IMG/VR virus record: IMGVR_UViG_3300010885_023630
Span: 32,001-96,000 of that record
DNA length: 64,000 bases
Direction: 5' to 3' (one strand)
DNA from: a virus
In this document: positions 17,430 to 27,480 of the stretch, piece after piece
How the letters are laid out: every line of letters begins with the position of its first letter
How positions within the stretch are numbered: position 1 is the stretch's first letter
Translations under genes and position numbers: made by a program
Notes under the pieces: model-generated
What the model saw: only the letters and a program-made list of their open reading frames with translations
Database searches by the model: none
What the model was told of the DNA's origin: nothing

Positions 17430-18265
17430 GCGAAAAAACTTGCGTAATTAAAATCCAACGGAACATCGTATGCGTGTTCACATTTAGTACACTTTGCGTT
17501 AACAGGTTTAACACTAGCAGATTGGTTAATTACAGTTAAACGCTTTTGTATTTCTTTCATTACCTTGTAGTCAGACATATCAAAGTATTCTTTGATAAAC
17601 GCAGGGTCCGTAACAACTACACCTTCTTCTGTTGTGATTGAGCGTGTGCTACTGGCGCAAATTTCAATGTTTAAATCCACTAACTTTTTTAAGTATGCGT
17701 CGGATTTTGATTTCTTTTCTTCGTCTGGGATAGCGTCGTCGGTAACTGTGCGTAATATTTGCTGTTCTGTAAAAGCAATTTGATTTACGCGATTAACTTC
17801 AAAATATGGTTGTGGGCGTAGTACAATTTTTAAACCGTCGAACTCAACTGGGGTTTCATAATCGGGCATGGCAATTTGATCTACTAGACTGCTTAATGCT
17901 ACACCAAACCTGTTGTCTTCTTCACAAGCAGGACAAACACTATCAAATTCCATTTCAGCGCCGTAACTGGCGATGCGTATGTTTAGCAAAATAACGTCTA
18001 CGTCGATACTAGGCATTGACCACGCATCTTTAATGTTTGGGCAACAGCTTTGTATAACATCGACTACACCTTGTCCGTTCATTAGTGCGTCTGGTGTACG
18101 AATAGTAATTTCGTCACGAGCTGTCATTGGATACACAGGAATTTCCCCAGTAACTGGTAAGTCTAAACTACCCTCGGGCCAGAATCTGCCGTTTGATGGT
18201 AGTTTAATATAAGTTGCTGGCTGTCTAAAGTGTTTGAACAGCGGATTATTTGGTTTTTGTTCCAT
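17426..18265 (-). CDS. gp26: Baseplate hub assembly protein gp26-like
   Basis: PVYPMTARDE, DVDVILLNIRIASYG, two CxxC pairs, C-terminal SFFA. Confidence 0.8.
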   Translation of the reverse strand: MEQKPNNPLFKHFRQPATYIKLPSNGRFWPEGSLDLPVTGEIPVYPMTARDEITIRTPDALMNGQGVVDVIQSCCPNIKDAWSMPSIDVDVILLNIRIASYGAEMEFDSVCPACEEDNRFGVALSSLVDQIAMPDYETPVEFDGLKIVLRPQPYFEVNRVNQIAFTEQQILRTVTDDAIPDEEKKSKSDAYLKKLVDLNIEICASSTRSITTEEGVVVTDPAFIKEYFDMSDYKVMKEIQKRLTVINQSASVKPVNAKCTKCEHAYDVPLDFNYASFFA

Positions 18266-18277
18266 TTTTTTATCCCA

Positions 18278-18307
18278 TAAATATAATTGAAGGTTACTGT
18301 ATATTTA
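18278..18307. promoter_or_regulatory. Face-to-face late promoters for tape measure (+, 18278-83) and gp26 (-, 18302-07)
   Basis: TAAATA on both strands within a 55-nt intergenic gap; palindrome TTTACCGGTAAA at 18304-15. Confidence 0.6.
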
Positions 18308-18320
18308 CCGGTAAAAAACC

Positions 18321-20903
18321 ATGTCAGAAAATAACGAAGATCCACAAGACGCCGCTAGACGCAACGAAAATCTCAGAGACTATAACAAGCTCATGGGCGA
18401 TTTTATACGCGACCTAGAGGATCGCATGACGCTTGAGGAAAAACAAGCACGTCAACTTAAAAGTACACAAGAACGTTTTAAGGATTTAGATGCAGCCTTA
18501 AAGACAGGCCAACGTAAAACTATTGACCTTACAAAAGATTTTAGAAGTCTACAAGCGGCCATTAACCAGCTGGAAGACGGAGCTGAAAAACAAGCATTAC
18601 AACAAAAACTTGATGTAGATGCCGCCAAAGCTCGTAGAGCAGTAGTAACTAAAGCCGCTATAGATACAGCAGAAGCTGGAGCTAAAGCATTATACGGCGG
18701 AGCAGTTAATACAGCCAAGGCAGTATCACAAGCATACATGAGTAATGCTAGTGCGTTTACTACTGCTGGAGCAGTTATTAACGCAGGACTAGAAGCCAGT
18801 GCTCAAGCAGTTGGTGGTGCCACTGCTGCAATTGGTACCATGGCTGTTGGACTTGGCGCATTAGCTGGACCTGGTGGAGCAATTGCCGGAGCATTGGTTG
18901 CTGGTATATCTTCACTATTTGGATCAATTTATAAACAAAGTATTGACTTGGCAAAACAGGCCACTAGCTTGGCTGTGGCTGAAATGGAAAACACCATCAA
19001 GTCCTACACCACAGCCAGCAAGGCTGGAGCATTATTTGCCGACGGACTAACCGGATTGCGTAGAGCCGCCAAAGCCGCAGGATTAGATCAACAACAGTAT
19101 GCCAATGTGTTGGCACAAACAACTCCAATGTTGGCACAGTTTGGCGGAAGTGTTACACAGGGTGTAGCAAGATTTACTTCTATCAGCGGCATAATGAATA
19201 AACAGTTTGCCCCAGGGCTGTTAAAACTTGGATACAGCATAGATGAAATTGCTGCCGGTACTGCTGACTATTTGGGATTCTTGGGTCGTTACGATTTGGC
19301 CAAAGGAAAAACAGACGCTCAGTTAGCCACAGAGAGCGACAAGTATCTGACCAACTTAAAAGCTATTAGTGCGTACACAGGCGAGCAGGCAGGGCAGGCT
19401 AAAAAACGTGCCGAGGCAGAACTTGATCAGATGGCAGTGCAGGCCCGGTTACAAGACATAGCAAGAGCGTCCGGACAGAGTCTGTCAGAAGTCAACATAA
19501 AATACGAAAACTTATTAAAAACATTTGGTCCCGGTAGTGAAAAAATTGCCAGCCAGATGCTAACTCTAGGAACAACTACAGGTGATTTGGCTATAGTTAC
19601 AGCACAAGTTCCAGCATATATGGAGCTGATGCAAAAATCTCAAGAGTTACTGTCTAATAAAAATATTGATCAAAGTGCAGTAATAACAGAAATAACAAAA
19701 TTACAAAAACAATATGCTCCATTAATACAAGAACAAACAATAGCAACTGGTAGAAGCATTGGTATTGCCAATCAAGCAAACGCATCATACGGTGAAGTTA
19801 ATCGAACCATTGGCGGAATAAACAGAGATTCTAATAAATGGGGCAAAGCCACAGCTACCGCAATTGAGGATGCTAAGAAAACTAAAACTACTCAAGATAC
19901 GCTAACAAAGGAGTATGTTGAGGCTACCATTGAATTTCAAAAGATGCGTCTTGAAATTCAAGCTAAGTTAACCCCGGCTATTACAGGATTTGCAAAAGTA
20001 ACAAAAGATGTTATTATAGAATTAGAAAAAATAATAGCAAAAATGCCAGGCATGGCTGAAATGATGCTTCCGGAACCAGGTGCAGCAGTTGTGTCTGGTG
20101 ACGCAGTTATAGAAAAATACGACAAAGATAAAAATGCCCCGGGTAGACCCAAAGACTGGGATAAGATGAGCTCGGAAGATAAACGGCATATTGGGGAAGC
20201 TCACGCTGGCGTCGAAACACAGCAGAATGGTTTAGCACAAAAAAATCTACGACAAAAAGCTAGAGCTACTGCCAACCTGGCAAAAAGGGATAACACCGAT
20301 AAAGAAGGATTTATTTCTAAATTGCCGGGGCTGAACTACCCTGAAGATAAAGTTGGAAAAGGTATACAAGCATCACTGTATGATCTTTTATTAACACCTC
20401 CTTTATTTGGCAGACAACTTACTAGTTTATATCGAGCCGGGGATACTGGAGCACACGGACAAGGTAAAGGCGCAGATGTTTCTATTATGGGTCTTGACGG
20501 TCAACCTATGTCAGCAAAAGCTATTTCGGACTTGGTAATGCAAATTAAATCAGCAGGTGCTGTTAAAGTATTTGCGGAATCCAAACCAAATGATCAAGAA
20601 TGGTTGGATTCAATTTCCGCTGTCCCCGGGGGATTGGGAGCGTCTGGTATATTAGCTAACCCAGGCGCAACCGGTCGTCATATTCACTTAGAAGCCAAGA
20701 AATTTGGTGGACAAATGGGAGCCAATGACACTACCATTGTTGGCGAATCTGGTCCGGAGATTATTTCGGGTGCGGGTGTAGCAACATCTACAGCAAGTAC
20801 AAGTGCGGTGTTTGCTGAACTTAATCGAAATATGAAAGAATTGGTTGAGGTATCTAAAGATAATCGAGATTATTCGAAAAAGATCTTACAAGCTACCGCA
20901 TAA
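18321..20903 (+). CDS. Tape-measure-like protein with C-terminal M15/LAS-type peptidase motif
   Basis: Long Ala-rich helical protein with a hydrophobic Gly/Ala segment; C-terminal TSLYR..GAHGQGKGADV...RHIHLE; next to gp26/gp51. Confidence 0.65.
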   Translation: MSENNEDPQDAARRNENLRDYNKLMGDFIRDLEDRMTLEEKQARQLKSTQERFKDLDAALKTGQRKTIDLTKDFRSLQAAINQLEDGAEKQALQQKLDVDAAKARRAVVTKAAIDTAEAGAKALYGGAVNTAKAVSQAYMSNASAFTTAGAVINAGLEASAQAVGGATAAIGTMAVGLGALAGPGGAIAGALVAGISSLFGSIYKQSIDLAKQATSLAVAEMENTIKSYTTASKAGALFADGLTGLRRAAKAAGLDQQQYANVLAQTTPMLAQFGGSVTQGVARFTSISGIMNKQFAPGLLKLGYSIDEIAAGTADYLGFLGRYDLAKGKTDAQLATESDKYLTNLKAISAYTGEQAGQAKKRAEAELDQMAVQARLQDIARASGQSLSEVNIKYENLLKTFGPGSEKIASQMLTLGTTTGDLAIVTAQVPAYMELMQKSQELLSNKNIDQSAVITEITKLQKQYAPLIQEQTIATGRSIGIANQANASYGEVNRTIGGINRDSNKWGKATATAIEDAKKTKTTQDTLTKEYVEATIEFQKMRLEIQAKLTPAITGFAKVTKDVIIELEKIIAKMPGMAEMMLPEPGAAVVSGDAVIEKYDKDKNAPGRPKDWDKMSSEDKRHIGEAHAGVETQQNGLAQKNLRQKARATANLAKRDNTDKEGFISKLPGLNYPEDKVGKGIQASLYDLLLTPPLFGRQLTSLYRAGDTGAHGQGKGADVSIMGLDGQPMSAKAISDLVMQIKSAGAVKVFAESKPNDQEWLDSISAVPGGLGASGILANPGATGRHIHLEAKKFGGQMGANDTTIVGESGPEIISGAGVATSTASTSAVFAELNRNMKELVEVSKDNRDYSKKILQATA

Positions 20904-20936
20904 CATACGGTAAATATAGCATAACAGAGAACATCT

Positions 20937-22634
20937 ATGGCCGGTTGGAAAAAATACTTTAAAACTAGTAACTTACCTAGCAACATTAGTCCCCTAGGCG
21001 GCGGTCGTGCGCCTGATCCTGGATATCGCAATTATCAGAGTCAGTTGCCTGAAGTTTATACAGGGCAACCAAATCGTGTTGAGCGTTACAATCAATATGA
21101 ACAAATGGACATGGATTCAGAAGTAAATGCCGCATTAGATATTTTGGCAGAATTCTGTACTCAAAAGAATGTTGAAAATCACACAGCGTTTACTGTTAAG
21201 TTTAAAGACACACCAAGCGACAACGAAGTTAAGATTATTAAAGAACAGCTACAACAATGGGTAGCACTCAACGAATTTAACAAACGTATCTTTAAAATTG
21301 TACGTAATGTATTCAAATATGGTGATCAGGTGTTTATCCGTGACCCAGAAAACTTTAAACTATACTGGACAGAAATGTCTAAGGTTACCAAAGTTATTGT
21401 TAACGAAGGCGAAGGTAAAAAGCCCGAACAGTATTTGATCAAAGATTTAAACCCTAACTTTCAAAACTTAACAGTTACAGCAGTGGCTACAACAGACACT
21501 TATACGAATCACCCACAGGTTGGTGGTCCAAGTGGTAGCTATACACAACCACAAAGCCCGTTTGGTGGTGGTAGCCGTTTTAGCCATGCCAAGAACGAAG
21601 CGGCTATCAATGCCGAACACGTAATTCATGTATCGTTAACTGAAGGCCTAGATGTATATTGGCCATTTGGTAACTCAGTATTAGAAAACATCTTTAAAGT
21701 ATTCAAACAAAAAGAGCTGTTGGAAGATAGTATCATTATATATCGTGTACAACGTGCTCCGGAACGTCGTATCTTTAAGATTGATGTGGGCAACATGCCA
21801 AGTCATATGGCCATGGCATTTGTTGAACGCATTAAAAATGAAATTCACCAACGCCGTATTCCTACACAAACAGGTAACGGACAAGGCAATATGATGGATG
21901 CTACATACAATCCGTTAAGTACAAACGAAGATTACTTCTTCCCAACTACAGCAGACGGACGTGGAAGTAGCGTTGATGTGTTACCGGGTGGCGCTAACCT
22001 GGGTGAAATTACAGACTTGCGCTTCTTTACCAACAAGTTGTTCCGTGGTTTGCGTATTCCAAGTAGCTATTTGCCTACCACAGCAGAAGATGGCACAGCT
22101 GCCTATACAGACGGTCGTGTTGGTACAGCACTGATACAAGAATGGCGCTTTAATCAATATTGCCAACGTTTACAAAGTTTAATTGCTGACAAGTTAGACG
22201 CAGAGTTTAAATTGTTTATGCGTTGGAGAGGTTTCAACATTGATAGTAGTTTGTTTGAATTGTCATTCAATGAGCCACAAAACTTTGCCCAATATCGTCA
22301 AGCAGACATTGATGCCGCACGTATTGGTACATTTACACAGCTAGAACCATATGCGTTTTTAAGCAAACGTTTCTTAATGAAACGTTATTTGGGAATGACC
22401 GAGCAAGAAATTAGTGAAAATGAAACAATGTGGGCCGAAGAGCGTGGCGATAATGAATTATCACAACCCGGTGCTGCAAACCCACGTAGCGTGGGCATTA
22501 GCCCAGGCGGCATTGATGCTGACTTAGAAGGACTGGCTCCAGATGTAGGCGCTGAAGACGGTGGTGTAGGTGGTGCTCCGGAATCTGTTGCTCCGGGAGC
22601 CGCAGGTGCAGTTGGCGCAACGCCAGCACTTTAA
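20937..22634 (+). CDS. gp20: Portal vertex protein
   Basis: LLEDSIIIYRVQRAPERRIFKIDVGNMP, EDYFFP...GRGSSVDVLPGG, LRIPSSYL. Confidence 0.95.
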   Translation: MAGWKKYFKTSNLPSNISPLGGGRAPDPGYRNYQSQLPEVYTGQPNRVERYNQYEQMDMDSEVNAALDILAEFCTQKNVENHTAFTVKFKDTPSDNEVKIIKEQLQQWVALNEFNKRIFKIVRNVFKYGDQVFIRDPENFKLYWTEMSKVTKVIVNEGEGKKPEQYLIKDLNPNFQNLTVTAVATTDTYTNHPQVGGPSGSYTQPQSPFGGGSRFSHAKNEAAINAEHVIHVSLTEGLDVYWPFGNSVLENIFKVFKQKELLEDSIIIYRVQRAPERRIFKIDVGNMPSHMAMAFVERIKNEIHQRRIPTQTGNGQGNMMDATYNPLSTNEDYFFPTTADGRGSSVDVLPGGANLGEITDLRFFTNKLFRGLRIPSSYLPTTAEDGTAAYTDGRVGTALIQEWRFNQYCQRLQSLIADKLDAEFKLFMRWRGFNIDSSLFELSFNEPQNFAQYRQADIDAARIGTFTQLEPYAFLSKRFLMKRYLGMTEQEISENETMWAEERGDNELSQPGAANPRSVGISPGGIDADLEGLAPDVGAEDGGVGGAPESVAPGAAGAVGATPAL

Positions 22635-22657
22635 TTTAAAAAAGGTTAAATAGTACT

Positions 22658-22879
22658 ATGTTTATAGCAGAATTATTTAACCCAGCACCAAAAGGTTATC
22701 AGGATGAAAAAGCGGACCAAAGTACGCTTCGGATGTCTGACAGCCGTAAGACACGTTTGACTTTAGCACATTTAAATCAGCTTAGACAATCACATGATGT
22801 TCGTAAACTAGAACACGAAAAGAAATTAGAAGCAGTAGCAAAACAATACGCACCGGCCCCAGAAGCTGGTCCAATGTAA
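22658..22879 (+). CDS. Small head-module protein
   Basis: Between portal and protease; own TAAATA-N5-ATG. Confidence 0.65.
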   Translation: MFIAELFNPAPKGYQDEKADQSTLRMSDSRKTRLTLAHLNQLRQSHDVRKLEHEKKLEAVAKQYAPAPEAGPM

Positions 22880-22993
22880 AAACTAGTAAATCGCTAGTTA
22901 TTCCTTTAAAATCCTTCAAAATATACCCATTTAACCTTTATATACGTAGTTTTGTGTAAATAACATTACAAAGCCACTTTATAAGGAGTTCAT

Positions 22994-24022
22994 ATGAACA
23001 AGTTTGAGAAATTAATTGAATACATCATTAATGATGAAGATCAAAAAGCTCGTGAATTATTTCACGATATCGTAGTAGAAAAATCCCGCGACATTTATGA
23101 ATCTATCATGGACGAAGAGTCTATGGAAGAAACAGTACAAGGTCACGACAATGTTGAAAGCATGGTTGACGAAGTTCAAGCCGATGAAGAAGCAATGGGC
23201 GAAGAAGAAGATCAGCCAGAAGACGAATTTACTCTTGATGGCGATGACGATCAAGACGGCAACCCCGACGGTGCGTTCCCAGCAGATACAGGTACAGAAG
23301 ATGGCCCAGAACATGCTGAAATCGAAGACCAAGTAATGAATATTGATGCTAAGTTAGACGAGCTATTAGCTAAGTTTGACGAAATCATGGGCGAGCCAGC
23401 TGAAGAACCAGCACAAGAACCAGCACAAGAACCAGCACAAGATCCAGCAATGATGGAAGGCGAACAACCAGACTGGTTAAAAGCCAACAAAGGTAAAAAA
23501 GGTTCATCGGCTGAAGATGACAAAGAAGATGACGAAGAAGATGACAAGCCTAAAAAGACTGAAGAATCTCGTACTAACAGATCTACTTCTGAATTAATGC
23601 GCGAATATGTTGACCGCATTGGTGATATCTACGGTGGAGCAGGTGATGCTAATGAAGGCGACGCAGTTGGCGCAGCCGGTAAAAAGACTTCTGTAAACAC
23701 AAAGTACACAGGTAAGCAAGATGGTCCAGACTTTGGTGGTAACCCAGTTAAAACTGGTGGCCAAACAGCTAACCAAGATGGTACAAGTCCAACAAAAGCA
23801 AGTAACGAATACAACAAAGGCCAAGGCGAAATCAAATCTGGTAACGTAAATGTTCCAGGTGGTAAAGCTGGTACACCTAAGTCAACTGGTGACAGTTACG
23901 AAAAAGGTGGCGATAGCCAAGGTAACCCAACTGGTAAAATGACCGGTACAGGTGCTAAGAGCGAAAAGCAAGGCGAAAAAAATACTAAGAGTACGCTAGT
24001 ACCGAACTCTGGTAAGAAGTAA
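22994..24022 (+). CDS. Acidic, low-complexity prohead core/internal protein
   Basis: Strong RBS; Asp/Glu-rich N-half and Gly/Lys-rich C-half; occupies the position of T4 gp67/68. Confidence 0.6.
   Translation: MNKFEKLIEYIINDEDQKARELFHDIVVEKSRDIYESIMDEESMEETVQGHDNVESMVDEVQADEEAMGEEEDQPEDEFTLDGDDDQDGNPDGAFPADTGTEDGPEHAEIEDQVMNIDAKLDELLAKFDEIMGEPAEEPAQEPAQEPAQDPAMMEGEQPDWLKANKGKKGSSAEDDKEDDEEDDKPKKTEESRTNRSTSELMREYVDRIGDIYGGAGDANEGDAVGAAGKKTSVNTKYTGKQDGPDFGGNPVKTGGQTANQDGTSPTKASNEYNKGQGEIKSGNVNVPGGKAGTPKSTGDSYEKGGDSQGNPTGKMTGTGAKSEKQGEKNTKSTLVPNSGKK
23393..23449 (+). repeat. 12-bp tandem repeat encoding EPAQ
   Basis: GAACCAGCACAA x3 exact (23405-23440) plus degenerate flanking copies. Confidence 0.9.
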
Positions 24023-24040
24023 TAAGATAGGGAACATAAA

Positions 24041-24679
24041 ATGGCTTTGTACCTAGCTGAGAACCTAACATTTGACCGTGCGAACATCAAGGTTATTACC
24101 GAAGATAACGCAGCCGGAAATGGTAAGGATCTCTATATGGAAGGGATATTCATAGAGGGAGGCGTTAAAAACGCTAACCAACGTGTTTATCCCGTTCACG
24201 AAATTGAAAAGGCTGTTTCCTCTATCAACGAACAACTATCAGAGGGCTATAGCGTCTTAGGCGAAATAGATCACCCAGATGATTTAAAAATCAACTTAGA
24301 CCGTGTAAGTCACATGATTACTAAAATGTGGATGGACGGTCCTTGTGGTTACGGAAAATTAAAAGTATTACCTACCCCAATGGGCGAACTAGCAAAAGCT
24401 ATGATTACATCCGGCGTCAAGCTAGGTGTTAGCTCACGTGGATCAGGTGAAGTAAACGAAAGTAGTGGACATGTTAGTGGTTTTGAAATCATTACCGTGG
24501 ACATTGTGGCCCAACCCAGTGCCCCTCATGCTTATCCTAAAGCCATCTATGAAGGCTTGATGAATATGCGTGGTGGTGCTAAGGTATTTGAAACGGCAAG
24601 TGAAGCCGCTCAAGATCAAAAAGTACAGAAGTACCTGAAACAAGGCATTACAGCCTTAATCAAAGAATTAAAACTATAG
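24041..24679 (+). CDS. gp21: Prohead protease
   Basis: NANQRVYP, LGEIDHP, LGVSSRGSG, DIVAQPSAPHAYP. Confidence 0.95.
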   Translation: MALYLAENLTFDRANIKVITEDNAAGNGKDLYMEGIFIEGGVKNANQRVYPVHEIEKAVSSINEQLSEGYSVLGEIDHPDDLKINLDRVSHMITKMWMDGPCGYGKLKVLPTPMGELAKAMITSGVKLGVSSRGSGEVNESSGHVSGFEIITVDIVAQPSAPHAYPKAIYEGLMNMRGGAKVFETASEAAQDQKVQKYLKQGITALIKELKL

Positions 24680-24691
24680 GAGAAATATCCA

Positions 24692-25807
24692 ATGTTAGAT
24701 GCTATCAAACCATTGTTGGATAACGGAATTATTAACGAGGAAACTCGTACTGCTATTTCCGAAGCTTGGGAAGCTCGTCTTTCTGAAGCCAAGGAACAAG
24801 TACGTGCTGAACTACGTGAAGAATTTGCACAACGTTATTCACATGACAAACAAGTTATGGTTGAAGCTCTGGACAAAATGGTAACTGAGTCTCTCACTGT
24901 TGAACTACAAGAGTTCGCAGACGAAAAACAACAATTAGCTGAAGACCGTGTTAAGTTTAAAACACACATGGTTGAAAGCGCAGGCAAGTTCAACAATTTC
25001 ATGGTAACAAAATTATCAGAAGAAATTAAAGAACTACGTGCTGATCGTAAGACGTACGAGAATGCTATTAGCAAACTTGAACAGTTTACAATCCGCGCCT
25101 TAGCAGAAGAAATTAAAGAATTTGAAACCGACAAACGTGCTGTAGTGGAAACTAAAGTTCGTTTAGTTGCTGAAGGTAAAGCTAAACTAGCCGAACTACA
25201 AGCCAAATTTGTTAAACAGTCTGCTGAAGCTGTTAAAGAGGCCGTAACCAGTTCGTTAGAGTCAGAACTGACTCAACTAAAAGAAGATATCCAAATTGCT
25301 CGCGAGAACATGTTTGGTCGTCGTCTATTTGAAGCATTTGCTACCGAATTCGCTGGTACTCATTTAAATGAGAACAAGCAGATTCGCGAGTTACAAGCTA
25401 CTGTAGCTAAAGTAACTGATAAATTGTCTGAAGCAGTATCAGCAATTGAAGACAAGCAAGCTCTAGTTGAGACAAAAGAAAAAGAAATACGTATTATAAA
25501 GGAATCCGCAGAACGCAAAGATAAACTTAGCGAAATGTTAAAACCTTTGAATAAAGAGAAGTCAGCAATCATGCGTGACCTACTCGAATCAGTGCAGACA
25601 GATAAGTTACAATCTGCATATGAGAAGTATCTACCAGCCGTGTTGAACAATTCTTCTGTTGTTACAGTAGCTCCAAAAGCTACAGTATTAACAGAAAGTC
25701 GTACAACAGTAACTGGTGATAAAACTGCTAAAACTGCCGTTGAAGTTGCACAGACAGAAGAAGGTTCTAATGTCTATGAAATCAAACGTTTAGCAGGGCT
25801 TAAGTGA
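24692..25807 (+). CDS. gp22: Prohead scaffold protein
   Basis: Coiled-coil Glu/Lys-rich protein between protease and capsid; GRRLFEAFATE. Confidence 0.85.
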   Translation: MLDAIKPLLDNGIINEETRTAISEAWEARLSEAKEQVRAELREEFAQRYSHDKQVMVEALDKMVTESLTVELQEFADEKQQLAEDRVKFKTHMVESAGKFNNFMVTKLSEEIKELRADRKTYENAISKLEQFTIRALAEEIKEFETDKRAVVETKVRLVAEGKAKLAELQAKFVKQSAEAVKEAVTSSLESELTQLKEDIQIARENMFGRRLFEAFATEFAGTHLNENKQIRELQATVAKVTDKLSEAVSAIEDKQALVETKEKEIRIIKESAERKDKLSEMLKPLNKEKSAIMRDLLESVQTDKLQSAYEKYLPAVLNNSSVVTVAPKATVLTESRTTVTGDKTAKTAVEVAQTEEGSNVYEIKRLAGLK

Positions 25808-25831
25808 CTTAACCCTTAAAGGAAAAAGAAA

Positions 25832-27010
25832 ATGACACAAGCATTATTAGAAAGCCGTTGGGGCGAAACCAAAGACGCTCTGCTAGAAGGCTTACAAGGT
25901 TCGAAGAGAACTACAATGGGTGTAATCTTAGAAAACACTCGTAAAATGTTAGCTGAAAACGCAACAACAGGTTCAACACAAGCAGGTAACGTAGCAACAC
26001 TTAACCGTGTTATTCTACCAGTTATCCGTCGTGTTATGCCTACAGTTATCGCTAACGAAATCGTTGGTGTACAACCAATGACTGGCCCAGTTGCTCAAAT
26101 CCACACATTACGTGTACGTTATGCTGATTCTGTTACAGATTCAAGCTCATACTCTACAAGTACTGCCGCTGGTGATGAAGCACTAAGCCCGTTCAAGATT
26201 GCTGTTGCTTACTCAGGTAGCAACGCAACTGGTCAAGCTACTAGCACAGCCGCATTAGAAGGCGTAGCTGGTAACAAGATCAACGTTCAAATCTTGAAAC
26301 AAGTTGTTGAAGCTAAGACACGTAAGTTGTCAGCTCGTTGGACATTTGAAGCCGCTCAAGACGCACAGTCTATGCACGGTTTAGATGTTGAAGCTGAAAT
26401 TATGGCTGCTTTAGCACAAGAAATCACAGTTGAAATCGACCAAGAAATCCTAGGCTCTTTACGTGCCTTGGCTGCAACAGACTACACATTTGACCAGTCT
26501 GCTGTTTCTGGTACAGCTACATTCGTTGGTGATGAGCATGCCGCATTGGCAGTTCTAGTCAACCGTACTGCTAACTTGATCGCTCAGCGCACACGTCGTG
26601 GTGCTGGTAACTGGGCAGTTGTTAGTCCAGCTGCATTAACAGTACTACAAAGTGCTACAACTTCAGCATTTGCTCGTACAACAGAAGGTACTTTCGAAGC
26701 TCCTACAAACACTAAGTTTGTTGGTACATTGAACGGTGCTATGAAGATTTATGTTGACGGTTATGCTAACGACAGCCAAGCTGTTCTAGTTGGATACAAA
26801 GGTTCTAGCGAGGCAGATGCTGCAGCGTTCTATTGCCCATACATTCCATTGATGAGCTCTGGTGTTGTATTAGATCCACAAACATTTGAACCAGTCGTAT
26901 CATTTATGACACGTTATGGATATGTTGAGTTAACAAACACAGCATCATCTTTAGGTAACGCTGGTGACTATGTTGGTGAAATCGCAGTAGCTAACTTATC
27001 TTTCCAATAA
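25832..27010 (+). CDS. gp23: Major capsid protein
   Basis: IVGVQPMTGP, KTRKLSARWTFEAAQD, EITVEIDQEI, FYCPYIPL, FMTRYG. Confidence 0.97.
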   Translation: MTQALLESRWGETKDALLEGLQGSKRTTMGVILENTRKMLAENATTGSTQAGNVATLNRVILPVIRRVMPTVIANEIVGVQPMTGPVAQIHTLRVRYADSVTDSSSYSTSTAAGDEALSPFKIAVAYSGSNATGQATSTAALEGVAGNKINVQILKQVVEAKTRKLSARWTFEAAQDAQSMHGLDVEAEIMAALAQEITVEIDQEILGSLRALAATDYTFDQSAVSGTATFVGDEHAALAVLVNRTANLIAQRTRRGAGNWAVVSPAALTVLQSATTSAFARTTEGTFEAPTNTKFVGTLNGAMKIYVDGYANDSQAVLVGYKGSSEADAAAFYCPYIPLMSSGVVLDPQTFEPVVSFMTRYGYVELTNTASSLGNAGDYVGEIAVANLSFQ

Positions 27011-27067
27011 TCAAGACTGAACTTGATTTAACGAAAGTTAAAACACAACCCAGGGATGGGAAGGCAG

Positions 27068-27091
27068 AAAAGGACCGAAGGGTCCTTTTTT
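27068..27091 (+). terminator. Rho-independent terminator after the capsid gene
   Basis: AAAAGGACC-GAAG-GGTCCTTTTTT. Confidence 0.9.
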
Positions 27092-27131
27092 GTTGGCCGC
27101 AAATAAATACATAATAACAAGGAACCATAAT

Positions 27132-27422
27132 ATGGCCGCACCAGCACAAACAGCACAAAAAACAAAAGTATCAAGTACACCAACTACAGTCAAAGCCGGG
27201 CCAATGACAAAAGTAGCTAACCCTACACCAGCAACCAAAATTGGAACAGCAGTGACAACAGGCGGAGCCGCAGGACATGCCGGTGTTGGCGCAGTGGCCG
27301 GAAGAGCAGATTATACTGCTAGTAATTCTATAACTACACTACAAACAGCCAAACCTGCCAAAGTAACAACAACATCGCCCACAGTAGCAAAAACTACCAA
27401 CAGAGACAAAAGCTATCTATAA
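27132..27422 (+). CDS. Small Thr/Ala/Lys-rich late protein
   Basis: Late promoter 27104-09, AAGGA RBS, ATG 27132 and its own terminator. Confidence 0.7.
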   Translation: MAAPAQTAQKTKVSSTPTTVKAGPMTKVANPTPATKIGTAVTTGGAAGHAGVGAVAGRADYTASNSITTLQTAKPAKVTTTSPTVAKTTNRDKSYL

Positions 27423-27438
27423 TATATTTTTACGAAAT

Positions 27439-27463
27439 AAAAAGGCTCTTTGGAGCCTTTTTT
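27439..27463 (+). terminator. Rho-independent terminator
   Basis: AAAAAGGCTC-TTTG-GAGCCTTTTTT. Confidence 0.9.
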
Positions 27464-27480
27464 GTTGACTAAGTAAATGT

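Noticed and set aside
17645-17653. Exact match to the first 9-nt segment (TGTGCTACT) inside gp26 as a self-target
   Set aside because: A single 9-mer match is expected by chance in 64 kb of double-stranded sequence, and the second 9-mer is not adjacent.
17202-18265. Programmed frameshift joining gp26 and gp51, as in tail chaperones
   Set aside because: A T-run precedes the stop, but the ordinary ATGA overlap explains the junction and there is no further support.
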